Assembly (NCBI GenBank): GCA_963793265.1
Contig: CAWBZI010000007.1
Location: forward strand, 288,001 to 352,000
Source of the DNA: an uncultured cyanobacterium
GTDB taxonomy: Bacteria; Cyanobacteriota; Cyanobacteriia; Phormidesmidales; Phormidesmidaceae
Length of the DNA stretch: 64,000 nucleotides
Direction: 5' to 3'
Position 1 is the stretch's first letter. The number at the start of each line of letters is the position of its first letter. Under the pieces are notes generated by a model, which saw only the letters and a list, made by a program, of their open reading frames with translations, searched no databases and was not told where the DNA came from. The translations under genes were made by a program, and so were the position numbers. This document shows, piece after piece, positions 1-10,378 of this stretch.

Positions 1-1214
1 AAATTCCAGACGGCGGTGAGTGCGATCGCAATCAAATTAGCCACGTACACTAGGCTACCGGCAAAGATAAAGTGATAGATCAGCTTCAGCAGCAGCACGT
101 CTAAAACCAGCCCAATAAAGCAGACAATATTGAACTTGAGCAGGCGCTTGAGGCGCGATCGCCAGCCTCTTTGGCGTCGTGCCATATCTGCAAACGTCCA
201 GGCATCGTTCCACAGAAAATTATTTACAATTGCAACTTCTGCGGCAATCACTTTGCTTAAGACAATACCTGCGCCAGCCGTCTCTACCAGTAAATAGAAC
301 AGCGCCATATCTACAAATACGCCGCTGAGCCCAACTAGCCCGTAGCGAATAAATCGCTCAGTCGGAAACGTTGTTTTAGATCTAGAAACGCCACCGCCTG
401 AACGTAATCTTGCTAGGTGGCCTAGATACTCTACGTATTGCTTCCAAGTAACTTTACTCTCGCCCGACTCGCGCTCTTGAAACACGTAGCCAGCTTCAGC
501 AATCTCACCGATATTGCCTCGGCCAATCACTTCCAAAAGAATCTTGTAGCCAAGCGGATTGAGATGAGGCCCAGCGATCGCACTTCGGCGCACCATAAAG
601 TAGCCGCTCATCGGATCGCTCACTCGCCCCACTACTGCCGGACACACTACCAGCCCGAGTAGCTGAGCGCCCCGAGATAGAAAGCGCCTAACAACGCTCC
701 AATCGCTGACCCCACCGCCTTCTACATGGCGACTCGCCACCGCTAAGTCTGCACCGTCTAAGGTGGCCTGTAATAGCTTTAATAAGACTTCTGGTGGATG
801 CTGAAGGTCGGCATCAATAACACCTAATATTTCGCCTCTGGCAACCTGCCAGCCGCGAATAACGGCAGAAGAGAGTCCGCGTTCGGTTTGGCGACGCATC
901 ACCTGTAGCTGTGGGTACTGTTCGGTGAGGGCCTGGGCGACTTGCCAGGTGCGATCAGGGCTATTATCATCTACCAAAATTAGCTCGTAGCGGTTGGGGA
1001 TGAAGCCATCGAGGAGATTGGCAAGCTGAGCGACGATTTTATCGACGTTGCCGCGTTCGTTGTATGTCGGAATAATCAACGAAAATTGTATAGATCGGCT
1101 GGTGCTGGGTAAATTGTGAGGAGATGACGCTTTAGCAAACACCTCTGCTGCGGTAGGAGCGGCAAAGGGCACCTGCAAGGGGCCTTGCGGCGGTGTAAGC
1201 AGCGGATGAGTCAT
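1..1214 (-). CDS. Polyprenol-phosphate glycosyltransferase (GT2, Dpm1-like) fused to a C-terminal GtrA domain; 3' end runs off the window
   Basis: Not in the ORF track because no stop falls in the window. Manual minus-strand translation from ATG at 1214 gives FSLIIPTYNE, LILVDDNSPDRT, GVIDADLQHPPE, SDPMSGYF, then GtrA-like RFIRYGLVGLSGVFVD and NNFLWNDAWTFAD. Confidence 0.9.
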   Translation of the reverse strand, partial: MTHPLLTPPQGPLQVPFAAPTAAEVFAKASSPHNLPSTSRSIQFSLIIPTYNERGNVDKIVAQLANLLDGFIPNRYELILVDDNSPDRTWQVAQALTEQYPQLQVMRRQTERGLSSAVIRGWQVARGEILGVIDADLQHPPEVLLKLLQATLDGADLAVASRHVEGGGVSDWSVVRRFLSRGAQLLGLVVCPAVVGRVSDPMSGYFMVRRSAIAGPHLNPLGYKILLEVIGRGNIGEIAEAGYVFQERESGESKVTWKQYVEYLGHLARLRSGGGVSRSKTTFPTERFIRYGLVGLSGVFVDMALFYLLVETAGAGIVLSKVIAAEVAIVNNFLWNDAWTFADMARRQRGWRSRLKRLLKFNIVCFIGLVLDVLLLKLIYHFIFAGSLVYVANLIAIALTAVWN

Positions 1215-1408
1215 AGCGAGAGCACGTTGAAGATAAAGTTAGCTGTGAAGAAAGGGTATGCAAACTTAATAGAAGCTTGCCCAACAATTTTTTTTAATGA
1301 ACGCGAAGGCAGTGTAATTGACTACACGTGTTTCAAAAGGCAGGATTAGCTCATCTAGGACGGCTGCTGAATAGCAGCGATCGCACACCGAATATCAGGC
1401 GCAATCTT

Positions 1409-2527
1409 ATGGAGACATTTTCAGGCCCGCAGCCCACAATCCGGCCATCTTCTGCACCCTCTACGGTAGAAAACTCCCCAGTAGAAATTTCTGTGGTGGT
1501 GCCGCTTTACTGTGAAGCGTCTAATATCGACTATCTGTTTAAGCGATTGGAGCGTGTCCTTGAACATTTGGGATGCACCTATGAAATTGTCTGCGTGGAT
1601 GATGGCAGCTACGACAATACTATTGAAGGGTTGCAAGGGCACCGGCAACGTAATTCTCGGATTAAGATTGTGGCGCTTTCTCGTAATTTTGGTAAAGAAC
1701 TGGCGCTAACGGCGGGGATTGACTATGCCTGCGGCGCTGCGGTTGTGCCGATTGACGCGGATTTGCAAGATCCGCCGGAGCTAATTGAGGCGCTGGTAGC
1801 AAAGTGGCGCGAAGGCTATGACGTGGTGTATGCCAAACGGCGATCGCGTCAGGGCGAAACCTGGCTCAAGCGAGCAACGGCCAACTCGTTTTATCGAGTG
1901 ATGGAGCGCATGAGCAAGGTGCCAGTGCCCCGCGATACTGGCGATTTTCGCCTGCTAGACAGACGCGTAGTTGAGGTGCTTAAGCAACTGCCCGAGCGAA
2001 CCCGCTTTATGAAGGGGCTGTTTGCCTGGGTGGGCTACCGTCAAGCCGAAGTGCTCTACGACCGAGAGCCACGCTACAGCGGCGAAACCAAGTGGAACTA
2101 CTGGCGACTGTGGAACTTTGCAATTGATGGGATTGTCTCATTTAGCGTAGCGCCGCTGCGCGTTTGGAGCTATGTGGGTATCACCTTTGCCAGTATTTCC
2201 TTTTTATACGGTGCTTTTTTACTCGTGCGTACGCTAATATCTGGCAACGATGTGCCCGGATATGCCTCATCAACCGTGATTATCCTGTTTTTAGGCGGTA
2301 TTCAGCTCGTTAGCTTAGGCATATTGGGCGAGTATTTGGGCCGTATTTACGAAGAGGTGAAAGGTCGCCCGCTGTATTTGGTCAGAGACGCTTACGGGGC
2401 CGGTAGAAAGCCGACGATAGATCGCTCTAGAGTGCTGATTGAGACAAGTCCTGATCTCATTCAGCCTATTCATAAACAACCCGATCCTAATCAAACAGGC
2501 TTCTCTCCTGCTGAGGAAAATGCTTAG
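1409..2527 (+). CDS. GT2 glycosyltransferase, GtrB/bactoprenol glucosyltransferase-like
   Basis: ISVVVPLYCE, VDDGSYD, LSRNFGKE, IDADLQDPPE, TGDFRLLDR, two C-terminal TM helices, GEYLGRIYEEVKGRPLY. ATG 1409 preferred over the upstream GTG at 1328. Confidence 0.92.
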   Translation: METFSGPQPTIRPSSAPSTVENSPVEISVVVPLYCEASNIDYLFKRLERVLEHLGCTYEIVCVDDGSYDNTIEGLQGHRQRNSRIKIVALSRNFGKELALTAGIDYACGAAVVPIDADLQDPPELIEALVAKWREGYDVVYAKRRSRQGETWLKRATANSFYRVMERMSKVPVPRDTGDFRLLDRRVVEVLKQLPERTRFMKGLFAWVGYRQAEVLYDREPRYSGETKWNYWRLWNFAIDGIVSFSVAPLRVWSYVGITFASISFLYGAFLLVRTLISGNDVPGYASSTVIILFLGGIQLVSLGILGEYLGRIYEEVKGRPLYLVRDAYGAGRKPTIDRSRVLIETSPDLIQPIHKQPDPNQTGFSPAEENA

Positions 2528-2534
2528 CCCTATG

Positions 2535-2574
2535 TAAAGCACCTATAAAGCACCTATAAAGCACACCTATAAAG
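2535..2574. repeat. Short tandem repeat, 11-nt unit TAAAGCACCTA, about 3.5 copies
   Basis: taaagcaccta taaagcaccta taaagcacaccta taaag, read directly in the intergenic gap. Confidence 0.85.
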
Positions 2575-2602
2575 AAGTTGTTATTGGAAGCGCTATCGAC
2601 TT

Positions 2603-4345
2603 ATGAGCTATGTTCCTGCCAATACAGATGCAGAGGCTTCTTTGAGCAGCAGTTCAAAGGATAGATCTATAGGGCTTGACGTGTGTTTGAGTGTAGCGAT
2701 CGCACTTGGCACTATTCTACGAATTGCCTGGGTCGGTAAGCGTGAGCTTTGGTACGACGAAGTGCTCTCTGTGCTATTCGCATCAGGGCAAAAAAACGCC
2801 TACGCACCGCCGATCAATACACCTTTTAAGATTCAAGACATCTCGCAGCTCATCACAGGGCCATCGGTACGAGGACTGAGTTCTGTTGAAACAGTCAAAG
2901 ACGTGCTGAAGGGGACGTTAGGCGATCCCCATCCTCCCCTATTTTATCTGGCTGGGCACGGCTGGACGCGGATATTTGGCACCAGTGAAACGGCGCTGCG
3001 TGCTTTGATGGTGCTCATTAGCCTGCTCGCTCTGGTCGTGAGCTATCACTTAGGTCGCAAAGTATTAGGCCGCAGAGGCGGACTGATTTTTGCAGCGCTG
3101 CTGTCGCTGAATCCATTTTTTCTCGCGCATTCGCTCAACCTACGAATGTACGCGCCGATGGTGCTTTGGGTGCTGGTGAGTGGATGGTGTCTGTCAGCGC
3201 TGATAGAGGTAAATAAAGAGCCTACTCAAAACCATAAAACTCGTCACATCAAAAAATGGATGTGGAGAGGGGGCGTTGCTCTGTCGCTAGCTGCTGGTCT
3301 ATTAACTCAGTATTTATTCGCTTACTGGCTATGTTCGCTGGTAGCGCTGGCGCTTTATTTAGACCGCAACCGCTGGTCACAGTATGCGCTAACTATAGGA
3401 ACCGGTGTGCTGCTGTTCATACCTTGGGGCCTATGGGGCACTCGCCAGCAAATACACAATCGACGAGACGTACTCGATCAAATTTCATCAGCATACGGGC
3501 CGCTAGAGTCGGCTTTGCGCCATGGCAAAGATATCGCGCAAACGCTAGGAAATCATCTTTTGCTGGGACACTCAACAACGAATATGCTGCCCTTTGGAGA
3601 GGATATTAAGCCAACGGCGGTGGCGGTAGGCTGTGGGGTTATTGGCTTTTTGGCAGTGTGTATCGTTGGCCTGTACCGCCGCCGTCAGTATCGAGTCCTG
3701 ATGATCTGTGTTTTGATGGGCTTGCTTCCGCTGGCGGCGGCTTTGGCTGTGGATGTGGCAGCAGGTACGTTTACATTGGGATTTGGCTGGGGCCGCTCGA
3801 TCATCGTAGCGCTGCCGGGGTGTTTGCTGCTGGTGGCAGCTTGGCTAGAGCTAGGGTCTGGGCGATCGCGCACGGCAATGACAGGGCTTTTGCTGGCGGT
3901 GTATTTGGGCGTGAATGTGGTAGATTTTGGCGGGCGCGATCGCCAAATGTTCTACACAATCGATGCTTATCTACCACAATCAGACGAGCCAAGCTTAGTT
4001 GTGATAAATTCTCAGGCTTGGGGGCACGTGCTAAGGCTTGCCTACTATCTAAAAGATTCTGCAAATACTGAAGTGCTGGCAACAGACGCGGCAGATGGGC
4101 CTACGGCTTTGGCAGCGGCGCTATCGGCTAAAGACTATAGCCGGGTGCTATGGCTGCGATCAAACGATCCGGTATGGGGCGTTACTGATGGAGATGCTGA
4201 GGTTGATGTGGCTGCGTTTGCAGACGAGACAGAATCGTTATTGAATGAGCATTACGCTGCGGGAACTAAGCGAGGTATACCTGCCAAGCAAATGTTAGAA
4301 GGCACGATGGATTTAGATTCTTTTACGTTGCAAGTCTACGAATAG
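2603..4345 (+). CDS. GT-C fold (family 39/ArnT-PMT_2-like) membrane glycosyltransferase
   Basis: ELWYDE after the first TM helix, DPHPPLFY, SETALR, LRMYA; many TM segments. Confidence 0.85.
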   Translation: MSYVPANTDAEASLSSSSKDRSIGLDVCLSVAIALGTILRIAWVGKRELWYDEVLSVLFASGQKNAYAPPINTPFKIQDISQLITGPSVRGLSSVETVKDVLKGTLGDPHPPLFYLAGHGWTRIFGTSETALRALMVLISLLALVVSYHLGRKVLGRRGGLIFAALLSLNPFFLAHSLNLRMYAPMVLWVLVSGWCLSALIEVNKEPTQNHKTRHIKKWMWRGGVALSLAAGLLTQYLFAYWLCSLVALALYLDRNRWSQYALTIGTGVLLFIPWGLWGTRQQIHNRRDVLDQISSAYGPLESALRHGKDIAQTLGNHLLLGHSTTNMLPFGEDIKPTAVAVGCGVIGFLAVCIVGLYRRRQYRVLMICVLMGLLPLAAALAVDVAAGTFTLGFGWGRSIIVALPGCLLLVAAWLELGSGRSRTAMTGLLLAVYLGVNVVDFGGRDRQMFYTIDAYLPQSDEPSLVVINSQAWGHVLRLAYYLKDSANTEVLATDAADGPTALAAALSAKDYSRVLWLRSNDPVWGVTDGDAEVDVAAFADETESLLNEHYAAGTKRGIPAKQMLEGTMDLDSFTLQVYE

Positions 4346-4368
4346 CGTTAGGTTCAGCAGAGTCAAGC

Positions 4369-4866
4369 CTACTTACTTTTAGTGCGCCAGCTTAGCTTGA
4401 GGTTGATCCAAAAATTCCAGAGGGTTACTATCGCGATCGCAACCACCTTGGCAAAGTACTCATTAGCGTTATCTGCCCAGTCTGCCGCTGTAAACTGCCC
4501 TATAAATATTGGTATCTGCTCGGTCATAGGAATCGCTAAGATTAGTGCCATAATGCCGATTTGCAAGATCGCCCCGATCACACACACGGCATTGAACTTT
4601 GCAAACCGCTGTAATCTAGCGCCCCAACCCTTTTGCTTTTGCGCCAGATCGGCAAACGTCCAGGCGTCGTTCCACAAAAAGTTATTGATAATCGCCGCCT
4701 CGATCGACAGCACCGTACTTGGGTATAGCGGCAGGCCAATTAGCTCACGTAGCAAATAGAACATCACCAAATCGACGAACAGTCCGCTAAAGCCGACGAC
4801 GCCAAACCGCAAAAAGCGCGCAATTGGAAATGCCCGCAGTCGCTGCGCTAAGGAAACTTTCTTCAT
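4369..4866 (-). CDS. GtrA family protein (putative flippase)
   Basis: RFLRFGVVGFSGLFVD, NNFLWNDAWTFAD, TLWNFWINLKLSW; paralogous to the GtrA domain of the first gene. Confidence 0.9.
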   Translation of the reverse strand: MKKVSLAQRLRAFPIARFLRFGVVGFSGLFVDLVMFYLLRELIGLPLYPSTVLSIEAAIINNFLWNDAWTFADLAQKQKGWGARLQRFAKFNAVCVIGAILQIGIMALILAIPMTEQIPIFIGQFTAADWADNANEYFAKVVAIAIVTLWNFWINLKLSWRTKSK

Positions 4867-6635
4867 GATGCGATCGCCACTCTATACAGCGGATACTTGC
4901 CATAGGTGCCCAGTTCTTCAAACGCAATTGATCCGCCACTTTCTAAACCCAGCTCACTAGCAGGCGTATCTGGCGTAGGGCAGTCGCGATGAGGATAGCA
5001 CACGTACAAAAACTCGCCCTCGTTTTGGTTGGCTAAAGCCTCTGCTAACTGTTTTACATCAGCAATTGCTTCCGTCCGAAAGAAAACTTTCTCAGGCAGC
5101 GCGTTCCATAGCTGCTGAGCGACGAATTGGTGAGACATTGCAATCCACGGCAGCGGCTGCTGCTTTAGCTGGGCGATCGCAGGTGCAATCGGCTCATAGT
5201 TAGCGGCTAGCGAAGTAGACTGCGTTTGTTCATCTTTAAACACACTAAATGCGCCTTGAACTGTATTGGTATGAATGCCAAAAATCAGCATAACGGCAGT
5301 GCCCACTATCGCCAATCGACGCGCCCAGGGCTGAAAGTAGCCCATACGCAGCCGGTCAGCGAGAACCAAAGAAAGTAGGGGTACCAAAATAAGATAGAAC
5401 CTTGGCCCCCACTGTTTGCCACCCGAGCCCGGCGGTACAATTAGCGGTACGCCAATCGCAAAAAGTATGCTTAATGCGAGGACAAAGCGAGTGGGAATAG
5501 GCGCAGTTTTAACAGGGCTGACAATACCTATAGATTCAACATTAGGCGTTTTGAATCCTTTGAATTGATTACCCGTTTTAAGACCAGTTCGGCTAAATTC
5601 TGGCCCCGCTACAACGATGAAAGCGAGTAATATAACGGCTGGAAAGTAGCGTAGGAGTGATCGCCCCATTTGCACATAGCTGTCTTTTGCCTGCGCAACT
5701 TGTGTGCCCACTGACGATTCTTCAACAATCTGAATAGCGTGAATGCCCAGCGGATGACCGTATATGCCGTAGTTAAGCGCAAAGAAAATGCCTATTGTGC
5801 AGGCCATCGCGCCCACCAGAATAAAGACTTTTGCAAAGGTGAGTTTAGGCGCGAGTCGCCAGCTCGGGCGCAGCCAGCTCACGGCCGCAAGAAAACCAAC
5901 AGCGGCTACAAAACATAAAAATTCTGGACGAAACCATACGGACAAACCAATTAAGACGCCGCTATATAGGGCTCGATAGCCAGAGACAATCGGTTTGTGA
6001 GGCGATTCTTCAGGAGTGATTCGAGGAAACAACAGCGCTGTGATGCCCCAAAAGGCAAGCGCTACAGCCAGGGTGTGCTCCCAATACATGCCGCCGTAAA
6101 GACTCAGCGGTGAAGCAAAAATAAGGACTACCAGCCCCAAACACAGGGCAAATGTATCTAAGCTAATTCGTTTGCCAACTTGCCAAAACCTTGCCCAGGT
6201 GGCCCAAAGCGCAAGGATCGGTACGATGTAGAGGCCGCGATCGCCAAAAAGCGCGTAAAAAGGCGCTGTAACGGCAGGGAATGTAAAAGGAAACGTAATA
6301 AAGTATTGCGAGCCCACTTCGTACATGAAAGGCGGCGTGAAAGGATAGAGTCCCTGCTGCCACACCGCATCAATCCACTCAGTACCGCCCCCATCTATAG
6401 GCAAACTCAAAGACATTTTCAGCGGCAAAGTCCCTGCTGAAATTTGTTGTGCGAGTTGTTGGGCTAGCAGCGCCTTCAGTCCACCATCACCGCTGAAGAC
6501 AACGCCGTTTCGAGAAAATCCCTGCATCCATACGGTGAGTAGGATGCCGCCCAAGATCACAATTGCTGGCAGCAGGACTGGCAGTAAGTTTGATGATCGG
6601 CGTGAGCCTATATGCTCTTTCACATTTGCATTCAT
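4863..6635 (-). CDS. Polytopic membrane protein, probable GT-C glycosyltransferase
   Basis: About 12 TM segments, FSGDGGLK, YWEHTL, WFRPE, QWGPRF. Overlaps the gtrA start by 4 nt. Start uncertain (ATG 6635 or TTG 6695). Confidence 0.65.
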   Translation of the reverse strand: MNANVKEHIGSRRSSNLLPVLLPAIVILGGILLTVWMQGFSRNGVVFSGDGGLKALLAQQLAQQISAGTLPLKMSLSLPIDGGGTEWIDAVWQQGLYPFTPPFMYEVGSQYFITFPFTFPAVTAPFYALFGDRGLYIVPILALWATWARFWQVGKRISLDTFALCLGLVVLIFASPLSLYGGMYWEHTLAVALAFWGITALLFPRITPEESPHKPIVSGYRALYSGVLIGLSVWFRPEFLCFVAAVGFLAAVSWLRPSWRLAPKLTFAKVFILVGAMACTIGIFFALNYGIYGHPLGIHAIQIVEESSVGTQVAQAKDSYVQMGRSLLRYFPAVILLAFIVVAGPEFSRTGLKTGNQFKGFKTPNVESIGIVSPVKTAPIPTRFVLALSILFAIGVPLIVPPGSGGKQWGPRFYLILVPLLSLVLADRLRMGYFQPWARRLAIVGTAVMLIFGIHTNTVQGAFSVFKDEQTQSTSLAANYEPIAPAIAQLKQQPLPWIAMSHQFVAQQLWNALPEKVFFRTEAIADVKQLAEALANQNEGEFLYVCYPHRDCPTPDTPASELGLESGGSIAFEELGTYGKYPLYRVAIAS

Positions 6636-6775
6636 AGCCAAAGACGGAAGGTGATGGGTCGCGCCATCGAATTCTATAGGGCTATTGGCTACCAATCAAA
6701 CAGCTCCGCCAGAATCACATTTCTCGATAGAGCTGTTTTGTTCTATTCAGTAAAAAATACAGCCAGAGTAGCGAT

Positions 6776-7549
6776 TTACCCTAGCCGGTAGCCAAAACCG
6801 CGTACCGTCTTAAGATATTTTGGGCTGCTGGGCACTTCTTCAAGCTTCTCTCGCAACCAGCGAATATGCACGTCTACTGTTTTGTTGTCACCCATAAAAT
6901 CGTAACCCCACACCTGATCGATAATTTGATCGCGCGACCATACGCGCTTAGGCTGGCTCATCAAAAGCTCTAGAATCTTAAACTCTTTAGGCGACAGGCT
7001 AACTTCTTCACCGGCTAAGAAAACCCGACACTCATCTGTATGTAAGGAGATATCTTCAAACTTACGAACAGCTTTGTCAGCTTGCTGTAACTTAGAGTGC
7101 GATCGCCTCAGCAAAGCCCGACATCGCGCAATCAGCTCTCTCATGCCAAAAGGCTTGGTTAAATAGTCATCTGCGCCCACTTCCAGGCCAAGAACGCGAT
7201 CGGTTTCCGTTCCTTTTGCACTCAAAATTAGGATGGGCACGTCTAGTCCACGGTGACGTACCAAACGACACAGATCCAGGCCATTCATACCAGGTAGCAT
7301 GAGATCTAGAATCACGAGGCCGATGTCTGCGATCGCCCTTTGCACCCCCGGCTTACCCCGCTCAGGGCTACCTAGTAGCATCTCTAATGCCTGCTGTCCA
7401 TTGTCAGCCACAAATACTTCAAATCCTTCGTCTGCAAGCGAGAGGGCCACAGTCTCGCGAATCAGCGCCTCGTCCTCAATGAGCAAAACCTTACCTAGCC
7501 CAATCCGAACGTCTGCTTGGGTGGGTGCTGACTGCAAAGAAGCCATCAA
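6776..7549 (-). CDS. sphR: OmpR-family response regulator, SphR/PhoB type
   Basis: Receiver domain (LLIEDE, LDLMLPG, ILSAK, YLTKPF) plus winged helix with DNKTVDVHIRWLREKLE and TVRGFGYR, typical of cyanobacterial SphR. Confidence 0.8.
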   Translation of the reverse strand: MMASLQSAPTQADVRIGLGKVLLIEDEALIRETVALSLADEGFEVFVADNGQQALEMLLGSPERGKPGVQRAIADIGLVILDLMLPGMNGLDLCRLVRHRGLDVPILILSAKGTETDRVLGLEVGADDYLTKPFGMRELIARCRALLRRSHSKLQQADKAVRKFEDISLHTDECRVFLAGEEVSLSPKEFKILELLMSQPKRVWSRDQIIDQVWGYDFMGDNKTVDVHIRWLREKLEEVPSSPKYLKTVRGFGYRLG

Positions 7550-7640
7550 AGGAACCTGTGTCTTTTCGTCTAAATTTTATCAGGAATTACCGCAAGATAA
7601 CAGCACGGTTCCCTTCAAATTAGTGGTTAGCTTTCAGAAG

Positions 7641-7660
7641 GTTAACCCTTCCTTAACCTC
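7641..7660. promoter_or_regulatory. Possible Pho-box tandem repeats (two copies, 11-nt period)
   Basis: GTTAACCCT at 7641 and CTTAACCTC at 7652 resemble the cyanobacterial PyTTAAPyPy(T/A) repeat, about 90 nt upstream of sphR. Confidence 0.35.
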
Positions 7661-7683
7661 GCAACTTCTTAGTTTATAAACCT

Positions 7684-10286
7684 TCAGACTGCTACGAAAT
7701 TAACCAGCTTATTAGGAACAACAATTACTTTCTTAATTTCCTTGCCTTCCAAATATCGCTGAGCAACCTCCGACTCACGGGCATAGGCTTCCAAAGCAGC
7801 TTTGTCAGCGCTAGCAGGCACCTGCAAAGTCCCTCGGGTTTTACCCATTATCTGAATCACCAAAGTAATCTCATCAGCGACCAAAGCCGCAGGGTCAACT
7901 TCAGGCCAGGCTTGCTGATGCACCGATCCGGTTCCTTCGCTAATTTGTGACCACAGCTCGTCTGCAATATGAGGTGCAAAAGGCGCAATTAACAGCACCA
8001 GTGTACAAACACCTTCTGCATAGGCCAGGGTCGTTTTGTCTGACGTATCGTTGAGCGCATTGCTGAGCTTCATCAGTTCAGAAACGGCTGTATTGAACTG
8101 ATAATCGCCTTCGATATCTTCAGTAATCTCTTTGATGGCGGTATGCGTTGCCTTGCGAAGGGTTTTGTCTTCTTTGTTAAGCTTACTTTGATCGATCTTG
8201 CTAACTTTGCTGACCAAATCGGCACTATCAGACTGAGCAAATCCGGCCACCGTACGCCATACTCTGTTCAAAAAGCGATACTGCCCTTCTACGTCAGCGT
8301 CATCCCACTCCAAATCTTTTTCGGGAGGTGCCTTAAAAAGAATGAACATACGAGCGGTGTCAGCGCCGTATTTCGCCAGCACCTGTGAGGGTGGCACACC
8401 ATTGAACTTAGACTTCGACATTTTTTCATATGAAACCTGTAGCACCTCGCCTGTGTCAGGATCAGTGGGGGTTTTAAGATCGGCAATATTTTCAGGCACA
8501 ATGAACTGGCCTTCAGCATTTTTGTAGGTGATGGCCTGTACCATGCCCTGCGTTAGCAGTCGCTCGAAGGGTTCGTCAAAGTCTAGAAGATTGCGATCGC
8601 GCAAAACCTTTGTAAAAAATCGCGAATACAGCAGGTGCAAAATCGCATGCTCAATGCCGCCCACGTACTGATCGACCGGCAGCCAGTCATTCACCCGCTC
8701 AGGTGTAAAAATGCTCTCTTCATTATTCGCATCGGCGTAGCGCAAAAAGTACCAGGACGAATCTAAAAAGGTGTCCATGGTGTCGGTTTCACGTTTGGCA
8801 GCAGTGCCGCAGCTTGGACAAGGCACATCGACCCAATCAGCCATCTTTGAAAGCGGCGAAGCGCCTTTGCCAGTAAACTCTACATTTTCGGGAAGCTTTA
8901 CCGGCAAATCAGCATCAGGTACGGGCACCGCACCACAGCTCGGGCAGTGAATAATTGGAATCGGCGCGCCCCAGTAGCGCTGGCGAGAAACCAGCCAGTC
9001 ACGGAGGCGGTAATTGGTGGTGCCTTCACCCAGAGATTTTTCTTCGAGGTAGGCGATCGCCTGCTCAACACTTTCACCTTTCCCTTTGCCAGCGATCGCA
9101 CCATCCAACGGCCCCGAGTGCACCATCACACCCGCCCCAACATAGGCAGCTTCCATCGCAGCACCAGACAGATCTTCACCTTCGGGCTGAATCACCTCCT
9201 TAATCGAAATCTCGAACTTGCGCGCAAAGTCAAAGTCTCTTTGATCGTGAGCAGGCACGGCCATAATCGCACCCGTTCCATAGTCCATCATCACGTAGTC
9301 AGCCGTCCACACCGGCACCTTTTCACCATTCACCGGATTAATGGCATAGCTACCCGTCCACACACCTGTTTTCTCTCGACCTTCATCCGTGCGATCAATC
9401 GTACTAAGACTAGCCGCCTTCTCTTTATATGTTTTAACCGCATCAGCCAAAGCATCCGTCGTCAACGTCTCTACCAACGGATGCTCTGGGGCAACCACCA
9501 TAAAGGTCGCACCCCAAAGCGTATCGGGGCGCGTAGTGTAAATGACCAAATCCTCGCCAGCTTCCGTTTTAAAAGTGACTTGGGCACCCGTAGACTTACC
9601 AATCCAGTTAGCCTGCATGGTTTTAACGCGCTCTGGCCAGCCAGGAAGCTTATCCAAATCAGTAAGGAGCTGTTCGGCATAGTCCGTGATCTTAAAGAAC
9701 CACTGACGCAAAAGCTTACGCTCTACTTTCGCCCCAGAGCGCCATGAGCGACCTTCATTATCGACCTGTTCATTCGCGAGTACGGTCTGATCAATAGGAT
9801 CCCAGTTAACAGCCGCTTCTTTTTGGTAGGCAAGGCCCATGTCGAAAAACTGAAGGAAAATCCACTGTGTCCACTGGTAGTAATTAGGGAGGCAGGTGGC
9901 AACTTCGCGATCCCAATCGTAAGACATTCCGAGGATCTTGAACTGCTCACGCATCTGCGCAATGTTTCTAAGCGTCCACTCAGCCGGAGGAATGCCTCTG
10001 TTTATCGCGGCATTCTCAGCGGGCAGGCCAAAGGCGTCCCAGCCAATTGGATGGAGAACACGATAGCCCTGCATCCGACGAACGCGAGCAATTACGTCGG
10101 GATCGTGTAGTTGCGCACGTGTCCCATGTGTAGGTCGCCAGACGGATAGGGAAACATTGCGAGCACATAGTACTTTCCTGCCGCGTTCTCACCATCTTCT
10201 AGCGTCAGGCGTTTTGTTCGTTCGTGGTCGGCCCAGTATTTTTGCCACTTAGTTTCGATGTCTGCTGGGCTATATCGCAATTCCAC
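7684..10286 (-). CDS. leuS: Leucyl-tRNA synthetase, split by a 1-nt frameshift at about 10100
   Basis: N-terminal ORF 10092-10286 has [13 protein letters not shown] (HIGH motif). The second frame continues [73 protein letters not shown]. Confidence 0.97.
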
Positions 10287-10378
10287 GCCGCTTATTCCTT
10301 GTCTGCTGTCACATTACTAAGGTTGTATTTTAGTAGGTGAAACGGCCTTTCGATGTTTTTTGTAAAAATACAGTTGCT

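Noticed and set aside
8947..9747. 266-aa ORF antisense to leuS, and the many other short antisense ORFs in the track
   Set aside because: Shadow ORFs overlapping well-supported genes, with no recognisable motifs.
10092..10286. Independent 64-aa gene or leader peptide upstream of leuS
   Set aside because: It is the LeuRS N-terminus including the HIGH motif, separated by a 1-nt indel.
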